Of a stretch of 64,000 nucleotides of DNA, positions 34,534-44,182 are shown one piece after another. The position numbers and the translations under genes were made by a program. Within the stretch, counting starts at the first letter, position 1. Each line of letters starts with the position of its first letter. This stretch comes from an uncultured delta proteobacterium (GTDB lineage Bacteria; Myxococcota; Myxococcia; Myxococcales; Anaeromyxobacteraceae), in contig CAVYBH010000009.1 of assembly GCA_963766715.1 (NCBI GenBank), positions 36,080 to 100,079 on the forward strand, read 5' to 3'. The notes under the pieces were generated by a model. It did no database searches, was not told the DNA's origin, and saw nothing but the letters and a program-made list of their open reading frames with translations.

Positions 34534-35688
34534 CTAGCGGCCCGATGCGCGGCGCGCAGGGGTGAATCGGGCCGTTCTTTTCGATGCGCGGGAGGAGCGG
34601 GTCAGCCGCGACGTCCGGCACCGGGCGGCACCGGCGTCGATCCCCGCCGATTCGAAGGCGGCCCTCAGGAACGCATCGTTCTCGGCCGGAGTGCCGACCG
34701 ACACCCGCAAGCAGCCCTTCAACCCGGGTAGGTGGTCCTGACGCCGGACGAGAATCCCCCGCTCGAGCAGCGACCGCCACGCGGTCTCGGCGTCCGGGGT
34801 CCGGACCAGGAAGAAGTTCGCCCGGCTCGGGTGCGCCTTCCAGGTGGGGTGGCGGGCCAGCTCGGCCATCACCCTGTCTCGCTCGGCAGCGATCCGCGCG
34901 CCGATCTCCGCCGCCCGATCAGCGGACTCGAGGACGGTCGCGAGCACCGCGGCCGTGTGCACCGGAACGTCGAACGGAGGAAGCATGGCCTGGAGCTTGG
35001 AGGCCACGTCCGGCACCGCGAGAAGAAAGCCCGCCCGCACCCCGCCGAGGCCGAAGGCCTTCGAGAACGTCCGAAGCAGCACCACGTTGGGGTTCTCGGC
35101 CGCCATCGCCCGGTGATCCGTGCCGGAGAACTGGCAATAGGCCTCGTCGATCGCGACGATCCATCCTCTTTCCCGTGCCTTGTCGGCGATCCGTCGAACG
35201 TCCGGCACCGCGAAGACGGCTCCCGTGGGCGCGTGCGGGACCGCCACGAACACCACTCCCGCCTCGCCCGTGTCCATCTCCCGCAGGAGCCCGTCCACCG
35301 GGAGGCCGAAGTCTGCGGCGAGCGGGACCGCGCGGTACGGGGTTCCGGTCAGCCGGGCCGCTCCCTCGTAGAAGGCAAACGAGGGCGCCGTATCGAGGAC
35401 ACGGCGGGCGGCCAGGGCGAGCGCCAGCACGAGGAAGTTCGACCCGGGCGCCACGACCACGCCGGTCTCGGGCCAGCCCAGCGCGCCGGCGATGAGCCCC
35501 CGGACCCCTTCGGCATGCATGTCCGGGTAGCGGTTCCACGGTTCGCGCCGCATCCGCTCCAGCGCACGATTCTTCAGATCTTCCGGGAGATCCCAGGGAC
35601 TCTCGTTCTGGTCCAGCTTGATTGCGGCTTCGACCTTCTTGTAGGGGTAGGCCGCAAGTCCGGAAAGGTGGGGTTTGAAAGCTTCCAT
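34534..35688 (-). CDS. hisC: Histidinol-phosphate aminotransferase-like PLP enzyme
   Basis: KLDQNESP, NRYPD, IDEAY, RTFSKAFGLGGVR, ANFFLV, LRVSVG. Confidence 0.85.
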   Translation of the reverse strand: MEAFKPHLSGLAAYPYKKVEAAIKLDQNESPWDLPEDLKNRALERMRREPWNRYPDMHAEGVRGLIAGALGWPETGVVVAPGSNFLVLALALAARRVLDTAPSFAFYEGAARLTGTPYRAVPLAADFGLPVDGLLREMDTGEAGVVFVAVPHAPTGAVFAVPDVRRIADKARERGWIVAIDEAYCQFSGTDHRAMAAENPNVVLLRTFSKAFGLGGVRAGFLLAVPDVASKLQAMLPPFDVPVHTAAVLATVLESADRAAEIGARIAAERDRVMAELARHPTWKAHPSRANFFLVRTPDAETAWRSLLERGILVRRQDHLPGLKGCLRVSVGTPAENDAFLRAAFESAGIDAGAARCRTSRLTRSSRASKRTARFTPARRASGR

Positions 35689-36646
35689 GTCGCGACATTA
35701 CTGCAACTTCCTGGCTGTCGCCGCGCTCGCCGCGGGGATCGCCTTTGATGCGCTCGCCTCCGGCACCGATTCAGTTTCGGCGCCCGACGTCCGGCACCGC
35801 GTCCGGCACCGGGCCCTCGCCCACGTCCGGCACCGCCATTCGCGTCGACCCTCCGCGCGCCCGCCCGGGCGACGCCCTGGTGGTCACCCTCCCTGGCGTC
35901 CCCTTCCCCGTCGCCGGCGGATTGTCCGGCACCGTCTCCGGCACCGTCTCCGGGCGCGCCCTGCGCTTCTTCCCCTCCCCCGCCGGCGCCCAGGCCATCG
36001 CCGCCCTCCCGGTCGAGCTCGCCCCCGGCACCCTGACCATCGAGGTCCGCCTCCCCGGCCGCGCCGAGCCCCTCACCGCCACCGTCGAGATCGTCGACCC
36101 GGCCTTCCCCGAGACGAAGCTCTCGGTCGAGCCCAAGTTCATCGCCCCCTCCCCCGCGCAGAAGAAGCGGATGGAGGAGGACCAGGCCGCCTTCCGCGAG
36201 GCCTTCGCCCGCCCGTTCGAGCCCCCCTCTTCACCGGCCCGTTCGGCCGCCCCCGCGACGCCGCCGTCACCGGCCGGTTCGGCGAGCGCCGGATGTTCAA
36301 CGGGAAGAAGCAGAGCCAGCACTACGGGACCGACCTCGCCGGCGCGGTCGGCGCGCCCGTCGAGGCGACCAACGACGGCCTCGTGGTCCTGGCCCGCGAC
36401 TGCTTCGCGTCCGGCAAGAGCATCGCCGTCGCGCACGGCGGCGGGCTCTTCTCGGTCTACTTCCACCTCTCCGCGATCGACGTCCGCCCCGGCGATCGCG
36501 TCCGCCGCGGCCAGGCCATCGGGAAGGTCGGCCAGACCGGGCGCGTCACCGGCCCGCACCTCCACTTCGGGGTGAAGGTCGGCGACCTCTACGTCGACCC
36601 CGACTCGGTCTACCGGCTCGCGCTGTCGCTCCCGCCTCAGCCCTGA
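35687..36646 (+). CDS. M23 family metallopeptidase (start uncertain; frameshifts near 35780-35840 and 36228)
   Basis: HYGTDL (HxxxD), YFHLS, TGPHLHF. Confidence 0.85.
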   Translation: MSRHYCNFLAVAALAAGIAFDALASGTDSVSAPDVRHRVRHRALAHVRHRHSRRPSARPPGRRPGGHPPWRPLPRRRRIVRHRLRHRLRARPALLPLPRRRPGHRRPPGRARPRHPDHRGPPPRPRRAPHRHRRDRRPGLPRDEALGRAQVHRPLPRAEEADGGGPGRLPRGLRPPVRAPLFTGPFGRPRDAAVTGRFGERRMFNGKKQSQHYGTDLAGAVGAPVEATNDGLVVLARDCFASGKSIAVAHGGGLFSVYFHLSAIDVRPGDRVRRGQAIGKVGQTGRVTGPHLHFGVKVGDLYVDPDSVYRLALSLPPQP

Positions 36647-37467
36647 AGGGGCGGCAGCCCGCCTCCGGCCCTCACCTCGGCCAGCACGTCGAGGAGCTGG
36701 CGCTGCAGCGCCGGGTTGGCGGCGCAGATGGTCCCGCCGTGGAGCATGTCGTCACCACCGGTGAAATCGGCGACGCGCCCGCCGGCCTCGGTCACGAGCA
36801 GGATCCCCGGCGCGACGTCCCACGGCTTGAGCCGCGCCTCCCAGAACCCGTCGAACCTCCCGCACGCCACGTAGGCCAGGTCGAGCGCCGCCGCCCCGAA
36901 CCGCCGCACCGCCCTCGCCCGCTTCAGGTAGGCCCGGAAGAGCCGCACCAGCGGATCGGGGTCGCGCTGGATGTCGTACGGGAAGCCCGTGCAGAGCAGC
37001 GCCCGGTGGATGTCGTCGGTCTCGGACACGGCCATCCTCCGGTCGCCGAGCCACGCCCCCTCGCCCCGGCCGGCCAGGTACAGCTCGTCCCGCAGCGGGT
37101 CGAGCGTCGCGCCGGCCGCGAGCCCGGCCCCGTCCGACACCGCGACGTTCACGGCGAAGTGCGGGACCCCGTGCGCGTAGTTGGTGGTCCCGTCGAGCGG
37201 GTCGACGAACCAGCGCAGCTCCACGCCCGCGGCGCCGCCCAGCGCGTCAATCGCCCCCGACTCCTCGGCGAGGACGGCGCTGCCGGGGAACTCCTTCGCC
37301 AGGAACGCGAGCAGGGCCTCCTCGCTGGCGCGGTCGGCGTCGGTCACCAGGTCGATGCCGCCCTTGTAGTCGATGGTCCGGCGCGTCCCCCACTTCTCGC
37401 GCAGCACGGCCCCACCCCTCCGGGCCGCCTCCGCGCACGCCTTCCGCAGCTCCCCGATGGCCGTCAC
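36637..37467 (-). CDS. Inositol monophosphatase family (SuhB-like)
   Basis: DLVTDAD, AEES, VDPLDGTTNY, GFPYD, KPWDVA; AGGAGG SD before GTG 37467. Confidence 0.92.
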   Translation of the reverse strand: MTAIGELRKACAEAARRGGAVLREKWGTRRTIDYKGGIDLVTDADRASEEALLAFLAKEFPGSAVLAEESGAIDALGGAAGVELRWFVDPLDGTTNYAHGVPHFAVNVAVSDGAGLAAGATLDPLRDELYLAGRGEGAWLGDRRMAVSETDDIHRALLCTGFPYDIQRDPDPLVRLFRAYLKRARAVRRFGAAALDLAYVACGRFDGFWEARLKPWDVAPGILLVTEAGGRVADFTGGDDMLHGGTICAANPALQRQLLDVLAEVRAGGGLPPLQG

Positions 37468-37547
37468 CGGACCTCCTCCTGGGTCGAGATCGTGAGGATA
37501 CTCGCGCCGGGCACGCATGCTAAGGTCTTCGGCCTGGGAGGAACGAG

Positions 37548-37829
37548 ATGCTGAAGACCCTTGCCGTCGTCCGCGCGGTCGTGTTCGCGCTCCTGCTCGC
37601 GTACACGCTCTACGCCCTGCCCTGGAAGTACCTCGACCTGGTGTTCTTCCCGCGCGACGGCGTGCTCCTCGCCAACGGAGACGTGCTGACGGCGCTGAAG
37701 ACCCTCATGGTCGCGACCTGCCTCGGCGTGGCCTGGATCGGCGTCGACACCTGGCTGAGCTTCGCCTTGCTGCGCAAGCAGGACGAGCGCGCGGCCCGCG
37801 CCCCGGGGTCCCCGGAGCCGGCGAAGTAG
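37548..37829 (+). CDS. Small membrane protein, unknown function
   Basis: Two hydrophobic helices, GGAGG SD, host-like codon use. Confidence 0.65.
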   Translation: MLKTLAVVRAVVFALLLAYTLYALPWKYLDLVFFPRDGVLLANGDVLTALKTLMVATCLGVAWIGVDTWLSFALLRKQDERAARAPGSPEPAK

Positions 37830-37844
37830 CCGGACCGCACCTCG

Positions 37845-39612
37845 ATGGGCGTCGGCCCACGGGCGCTTCTCTATCGCCTCCGCTGCCTCCTCAAGCGGCG
37901 AGAGGTGGACGTCTGGTACGACCCGGCCTACCGGCTCCCGTTCAGCGGCATCGAGTTCACCGGCTACGACACCCGGCGCGCCGACTTCGCCGCCTGGTGG
38001 CTCCGCGAGAGCAAGGCCATCGCCACGCCCTGGTGGCGCAGCCCGCGCCGGGCCTCCTACGCCGAGCTGGCGCGGGTCCACGAGGCCGGGCTGCTCGAGT
38101 CCCTGGCTCGCCCCGAGACGCTCGCCGCCATCTTCGGGGTCGACCCCTCCGACGTCCCGGTCGACGAGGTGATGCGAACCGTCCGCCTCGCCACCGGCGC
38201 CACCATCCAGGCCGCGGGAGAGGCGCTCCGCCGCGGCAAGCCCCAGCTCAACCTGCTCGGCGGCTTCCACCACGCCGGTCCCGGCTCGGCCGGCGGCAAC
38301 TGCCCGGTGAACGACATCGCGGTCGCCGTGGCGGCGGTCCGGGCCGACGGGTTCACCGGCAAGATCGCGGTGCTCGACCTCGACGCCCATCCTCCCGACG
38401 GCGTCGCGGCCTGCCTGGAGTCGGACCCGAACCACTGGATCGGCTCCCTCTCCGGCTCCGACTGGGGCCCGCTTCCCGGGGTGGACGAGATCCTCCTGCC
38501 CGAGGGGACCGGCAACGTCCGCTACCTGGACGCGCTGAAGGCGCTGCTCGGGCGGATGCCCCCGGCCGGCCTGGCCTTCGTCATCGCCGGCGGGGACGTC
38601 CTGCGCGGCGACAAGATGGGACGGCTCGACCTGACGCTCGGCGGGACCCGCCTGCGCAACCTGACGGTCGCCGCCCACCTCGAGGGCGTGCCCTCGGTCT
38701 GGGTGCCCGGCGGCGGGTACAGCAAGAACGCCTGGAAGACGCTGGCGGGCGCCGGCATCGCGCTCTCCACCGGCTCGCTCGAGCCGATCCCGGACGACTA
38801 CGACCCGCTCTCCCAGCGCTTCGCCGGGATCGCGGCCGGCTTCTCCCGCGACGTCCTGACCGACACGGGCGAGCTCACCGAGGAGGACCTCTCCGAGGCG
38901 CTCGGCATGCGCGCCCCCGGCAGAAGCTCTGCTCGGCTTCTACACCGCGAGCGGAATGGAGTACGCGCTCCAGCGCTTCGGGATCCTCGACCAGCTGCGC
39001 CGGCTCGGGTACGACCATTTCCGGGTCGAGTTCGCGCGCCAGCACCCCGGCGAGCGCCTCCGCGTCTACGGCGAGTCGGAGGGCAAGGAGCACGTCCTCG
39101 TCGAGCTCGTCCTCGAGCGGAAGCGCGTGCTGGGGCACCCGGTGCTCTACGTCCACTGGCTGTCGCTCATGCACCCGCGCGCGCAGTTCAGCCTGCTGCG
39201 GCCCCGGCTGCCCGGCCAGGAGGTCCCCGGCCTGGGGCTCGCCCGCGAGACCGGCGAGATGCTGGCCCTCATGGCGCTGCGCCTCGGCCTCACCGGCGTG
39301 GTCTACCGGCCGGCGCACTACCACACCGCCTACGCCGGACGTCACCACTTCTCCTTCGTGGACGCCGCGCGCCAGGGGCGGTTCGAGGCGCTCATCCGCG
39401 ACCTGGGGCCCGTGCCGCTGCTCGACGCCACGCGCCTCGTGGACGGCGGCCAGGTGATGCTCGACGGAAAGCCCTACGCCTGGGAGCCGGACGAGATGGT
39501 GCTGTGGCTCCGGGAGCACCCGGAGGAGCGCGGGGAGGTGGCGCTCGAGCGGGAGCGGGCCCGCTTCACGGTCGCACCGGATCCGGCCCCCGGGCCGCAG
39601 GCCCCGCGGTAG
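37845..39612 (+). CDS. Histone deacetylase family protein with extra C-terminal domain (frameshift near 38920)
   Basis: GGFHHA, DLDAHPPDG, GGDVLRGD, GGGYS; second part in ORF 38956..39612. Confidence 0.85.
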
Positions 39613-39642
39613 TCACCCGCGACCCCTTGTCGTCCATTCGAG

Positions 39643-39658
39643 TGACACAGATCTGTCA
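39643..39658. promoter_or_regulatory. Candidate transcription-factor site TGACA-N6-TGTCA
   Basis: TGACACAGATCTGTCA inverted repeat in an AT-richer stretch ~100 bp upstream of the porin gene. Confidence 0.45.
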
Positions 39659-39757
39659 AAGTTGCGTGCTTTGAGGTATTCGATCCGTCCGAGCCAGCCA
39701 CCCAGGCGGGGTGGTGCGCCCGCGACGTCACACGACCCGAACCCGGATGGACTCGCC

Positions 39758-41134
39758 ATGAGACTCAGGCTCGGCATCGCATCACTCGTCGCAGCAACGG
39801 CGCTCCTGGCGCCCGCGGCTGCCCGCGCGAGCGAGTTGGAGGTCTACTCCAACACCCAGCTCAACGTGCAGAACCAGTGGCGGGACGGGTCGACCACGAC
39901 CGTCGTCCCCCTCTACGAGTTCCTGACCCTCTCCGGCCGGAACGTGGAGATCCCGGGCGGGCAGCTCTTCTTCCAGGTCGACGGCTGGGGCGCGGCCAAC
40001 CTCGGCACGAACCCCTGGTGGAACGGCTACACCAACTCGGGAAGCTGGTCCGGCGATCTGAACCTGGCCTACGTGCAGGCGCGGTTCCTCGCGAACCAGC
40101 TCCGGATCACCGTGGGCCGCCAGACCGTCGGCTACGGGAACTCCCGGATGCTGCAGCTCGACGGCGGCTCCTTCCAGGCCGTCATCCACAAGATGTTCAC
40201 GCTGGACGGGTACGTCGGCGTCCCGTCCACGCAGCGGTTCACGGCCTACGGCAACATCTACTCCGCCAACCCCACCATCGGCGACCTGGCCGTCGGTGGG
40301 CGGCTGGGCTTCGCCTGGACCACCTGGGTGAACGTCGGCGTCTCGGCGGCCTTCTCCTGGGACAAGGGCGACGCCACCCGCGAGGACCTGGCGGTCGACC
40401 TCAAGTTCTCGCCGGTCTCCTGGGCGTACCTGCTCGGCTACGTCGACTGGAGCCTCTTCGCGAACGGCTACTTCGGCTCCTTCGGCGCCCAGATCGCCGA
40501 CTCGAACGTGAGCCTGGTCTTCCCGGTGACGCCCTACCTCCAGTTCACGGGGGAGTACGCGTACACGGTCCCGTCGCTGGCGCTGCCCTACAACTCCATC
40601 CTCTGGGTGTTCACCGACGGTACCCACCAGTACGTGGGCGGCTCGGCGCGCGTCGGCCTGGAGCAGTTCAAGCTCCACGTGCCCCTCGACTTCGAGGTCG
40701 CCTACCGCCACATCATGGCCTACTCGTCGCTCGGCGACCCGACCGCCGGCGTCACCTCCAACCTCTCCGAGTCGGGCGACCGCGGCATCCTCAAGGCCAC
40801 CTGGCGTCCCTCGAAGGGCTCAACGGTGGGCGTGGAGGGCTCTCGCCTCTTCCTCCCCGAGCAGGGCTACTGGCAGGCGCGGGCCTTCGGGTCGCTGCGG
40901 ATGTACGGCGTCACCGGCACCCTCGACTTCCAGGGCTACTGGTTCGACAGCCCCGTGAACGCGGTGTCCCAGTCGATCATCGGCTCGGCCACGCTCGGGT
41001 ACGACGTGGGCGGCGGGTTCGCCGTGGTGGGCGCCGTGCAGGGCGGCTCCACCCCCTACTACTCGAGCTTCCTCTCCGGCCTCGTGAAGCTCACCTACAA
41101 CGCGACGTACAAGTACCACGAGGTGTACGAATGA
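39758..41134 (+). CDS. Outer-membrane beta-barrel protein, probable porin partner of multiheme cytochrome
   Basis: Signal peptide ending ARA-SE, aromatic-rich beta-strand pattern, stop overlaps cytochrome start (ATGA). Confidence 0.75.
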   Translation: MRLRLGIASLVAATALLAPAAARASELEVYSNTQLNVQNQWRDGSTTTVVPLYEFLTLSGRNVEIPGGQLFFQVDGWGAANLGTNPWWNGYTNSGSWSGDLNLAYVQARFLANQLRITVGRQTVGYGNSRMLQLDGGSFQAVIHKMFTLDGYVGVPSTQRFTAYGNIYSANPTIGDLAVGGRLGFAWTTWVNVGVSAAFSWDKGDATREDLAVDLKFSPVSWAYLLGYVDWSLFANGYFGSFGAQIADSNVSLVFPVTPYLQFTGEYAYTVPSLALPYNSILWVFTDGTHQYVGGSARVGLEQFKLHVPLDFEVAYRHIMAYSSLGDPTAGVTSNLSESGDRGILKATWRPSKGSTVGVEGSRLFLPEQGYWQARAFGSLRMYGVTGTLDFQGYWFDSPVNAVSQSIIGSATLGYDVGGGFAVVGAVQGGSTPYYSSFLSGLVKLTYNATYKYHEVYE

Positions 41135-42144
41135 ACGCCCGGCTCCTCATCCTGCCGCTCGCGCTCGCGCTCTTCGGCTGCACCCAGGCGAAGAAGCCTG
41201 AGGCGCAGGGCCCCCAGCCCTACAAGTTCCCCCACGGCATGCACATCGAGTCCGGGGTCGCCTGCGTGGAGTGCCACGCGCCGATCCTGAAGTCGATCGC
41301 CATCCGGGAGAACGTCATCGAGGTGCAGATCCCGAAGAAGTCGGAGGTCTGCTCGGCCTGCCACGACCCCATCCCGGACTACAAGCCGGTCCAGCGGCTC
41401 GAGGCGGTGGTCCACTTCGATCACGCGGCCCACCTCCCGCGCCTCAAGGGCGTGAAGGACGAGTGCCAGGCCTGCCACACCAAGTTCTCCGAGCCGGGCA
41501 TGATCGACGCGCCCATGCCGGCGATGGCGACCTGCACGGCCTGCCACAATCACGCGCAGGACTTCGCGGTCGGGCGCTGCACGCCCTGCCACACCGACCT
41601 CCGCAAGTACGAGAAGCCGGTGAAGGAGTACACGCACGAGGCCAACTTCCTCGAGACCCACGGGCGGTGGGCGAGGCAGTCGGTCACCACCTGCTCCTCG
41701 TGCCACGACCAGACCATGTGCTCGCAGTGCCACACCGCGACCACGCGCCCCATGCCGCCGTCCATCCAGTTCCCGGAGAAGGTGGCGTCCGAGTTCATCC
41801 ACCGCGGCGACTGGATCTCCCGTCACGCCATGGAGCAGACCGCCGACCCGACCAGCTGCTCCAAGTGCCACGGCACCGGGTACTGCCAGAGCTGCCACTC
41901 CTTCCAGGGCATCGGCGGCACCCCGGGCTCGCGCGCGATCCACCCGTCCGGCTTCATCTCGGAGCACGGCAGGGCGGCTCGCCTGAACATCCTGGCCTGC
42001 GCCCAGTGCCACAACCAGGGCGGCCAGCAGTCGCTCTGCTGGACCTGCCACAAGTCGGGCGGCGTGAACCCGCACCCGCCGGGATTCAAGGGCACGACGT
42101 CGCAGATCGGGACGAACGCGACCTGCCGGATCTGCCACTCGTAG
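41131..42144 (+). CDS. Lipoprotein multiheme c-type cytochrome, 12 CxxCH
   Basis: Lipobox LFGC; CVECH, CSACH, CQACH, CTACH, CTPCH, CSSCH, CSQCH, CSKCH, CQSCH, CAQCH, CWTCH, CRICH. Confidence 0.93.
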   Translation: MNARLLILPLALALFGCTQAKKPEAQGPQPYKFPHGMHIESGVACVECHAPILKSIAIRENVIEVQIPKKSEVCSACHDPIPDYKPVQRLEAVVHFDHAAHLPRLKGVKDECQACHTKFSEPGMIDAPMPAMATCTACHNHAQDFAVGRCTPCHTDLRKYEKPVKEYTHEANFLETHGRWARQSVTTCSSCHDQTMCSQCHTATTRPMPPSIQFPEKVASEFIHRGDWISRHAMEQTADPTSCSKCHGTGYCQSCHSFQGIGGTPGSRAIHPSGFISEHGRAARLNILACAQCHNQGGQQSLCWTCHKSGGVNPHPPGFKGTTSQIGTNATCRICHS

Positions 42145-42168
42145 TCGCTCGCGGCGTTCCGTTGCATA

Positions 42169-42207
42169 GACGCCCGCTTCCCGCGAGGGAGGCGGGCGTC
42201 CTCATTT
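42169..42207 (+). terminator. Intrinsic terminator after cytochrome
   Basis: GACGCCCGCTTCCC-GCGA-GGGAGGCGGGCGTC then CTCATTT. Confidence 0.7.
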
Positions 42208-42723
42208 CCGCGCCGCACCGTTCGCCCGCCGCGCCAGCGCGCAACGCGTCCGTCGCCGCGGAGCTCGCAGAAGGCGCGGGCCTTCGCGGCTGAATGCCGC
42301 CGGCGACGAGCGGGCCCGGGGTTCGCGATCTACGGCGGCCTACTGATGCTCCGCGTCTCCTGCCGCTGCGCGGGCGCGTCGGTGATCGGCGCGGTCGAGG
42401 GGACGACGAGCCGTCCGCATCCCCGCGGCCCCCTCTGCACCGCCGCCCCCACGAATCCCCGCCCCCACGCCCCCCCGCGAGCGCGGCCCTCGATCCCCCC
42501 GCGAGCGCGAGCCGGGCCGGGCGCCCCGTCCTGCCGCCAGCCGGCGGACATCGCCGATCGAGAAGCGCCTCCGCAGGGGCGCCGAGACCCGCCCACGCCC
42601 TCCCCCGCCGTACCTCGGCGCCATCCAGCCGCGCCCACCTCCCCCCGAGGACCAGCGCTTCGGAGAGAGGCGACTGGCCGCCCGGCGGCGCCCCGGCGAG
42701 GCTCACCCGCCCCCGCTCGCCCT

Positions 42724-44177
42724 CTAGGCGGCGGACTCGATGGCCGCCAGGAGCTTCGTCCAGATGCCCCCGAACGCCCCGTTCGACATCGCCACCACGA
42801 CGTCCCCCGCCCTCGCCTGGGCCGCGATCCCGGCGACGATCTCCTCGACCGTCCCGCAGGGCCACGGCCGGCACGCCGCGCCGCGAGACGTCGGCCGCCA
42901 GCCGATCCACGTCGAGCCGCTCCGCCTCCGGCACCCGGTCGGTCGGCGCGGGGCGCAGGAGCCACGCCGCCGCCGCCGAGCCGAAGCTCCGCGCGTACTC
43001 CTCCTGGTGGAGGTTCCGGCGGCTGGTGTTCGATCGCGGCTCGAAGGCCACGAGCAGCCGCGCGCCGGGGTACGAGCCCTGGATGGCGGCCAGCGTCCGG
43101 TCGACCGCGGTCGGGTGATGGGCGAAGTCGTCGATGACGGTCACGCCGCGGGCCACGCCCCGCACCTCCTGGCGCCGCTTCACCCCGCGGAAGGCCTCCA
43201 GCCCGGCGGCGATCTCCGCGAACGAGAGCCCGAGCCGGGTGGCGGCCGCGGCCACGCCCAGCGCGTTCTCCACGTTGTGCGCCCCGCCCACCGCGAGCCG
43301 CACCGCGCCCAGGTCGCGTCCGCCGTGGAACAGGTGGAACCGCGCCCCGTCCACGCCCAGCGTGAGCCCGCGGGCCTCCCAGTCGGCCGGCCGCTCCACC
43401 GAGTAGGTCTCGACCGCGCAGCGGGCCCGCCGCGAGATTCCGGACCACGCTCTCCCAGGTCGAGCAGGCCGCCAGGAATCCGTCGGCCGGCAGGAGGTCC
43501 ACGAAGCGCTCGAACGCGCTCTCGTAGTGGGCCTCGTCCCGGTAGATGTCGGCGTGATCCAGCTCGCAGGAGGTGAAGATGGCCGTGCGGGGCCGGTAGT
43601 GCAGGAACTTGGGCCCCTTGTCGAAGTAGGCCGTGTCGTACTCGTCCCCCTCCACCACGAAGGCCTCGCCGGCCCCGATGCGGAAGTTGGAGTCGAAGTC
43701 CCGGGTCACCCCGCCCACCAGGAACGACGGGTCCCGCCCGGCGTGGTGGAGCACGAATCCCATCATCGCGCTGGTGGTGGTCTTGCCGTGCGTGCCCGCC
43801 ACCACCACCCCGTGCCGGGGCCCGATGAAGAGCTCGCCCAGCGCCTGGGGGAAGGAGACGTGCGGCAGCCCGCGCTCCCGCATGGCCGCCGCCTCGGGAT
43901 TCACTGCGCGTACGACGTTGCCCACCACCACGACGTCGGGCCTCGCCCGGTCCAGGTTCTCCGGCCGGTAGCCCTGCATGACCTCGATGCCCCAGCGCTC
44001 GAGCTGGGTGGACATGGGCGGGTAGACGTTCTCGTCCGAACCGCTCACCTCGTATCCGGCCGCCTTCAGCATGCCGGCGAAGGAGCCCATCCCGGTGCCG
44101 GCCACCCCGATGAGGTGGACCCGCTTCACCTTGCGCCAGTCGATCGCCCCGGCCACTCCCGCCGCGCCTTCGGTCAT
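42724..44177 (-). CDS. mpl: UDP-MurNAc:L-Ala-gamma-D-Glu-mDAP ligase (frameshifts near 43435 and 42860)
   Basis: GVAGTGMG, VYPPMS, GTHGKTTT, EGDEYDTAYFDKGPKF, DDFAHHPT, FEPRSNT, MSNGAFGG. Confidence 0.92.
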
Positions 44178-44182
44178 CCCCG

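Larger units (their letters stand above)
25232..35933. repeat. Dispersed quasi-palindromic motif GTCCGGCACC/GGTGCCGGAC clustered around the RAYT-like gene
   Basis: Exact 10-mers starting at 25232, 26085, 26697, 27486, 27513, 28540, 29072, 30415, 30618, 31131, 33688, 34613, 35008, 35200, 35789, 35801, 35825, 35924; one-mismatch copies near 26196, 26776, 31191, 35758, 35936. Confidence 0.9.

Noticed and set aside
35687..35698. Perfect palindrome ATGTCGCGACAT at the divergent hisC and M23 starts
   Set aside because: A single short palindrome, and the M23 start is uncertain, so no function can be supported.
35755..35950. Repeat array as a possible CRISPR
   Set aside because: Units are only 10-13 bp with irregular spacing, there are no spacers of CRISPR length, and no cas genes are present.
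42208..42720. ~500 bp GC-rich gap between the cytochrome terminator and mpl
   Set aside because: No recognisable protein motif in any frame and no RNA family or repeat I can support.
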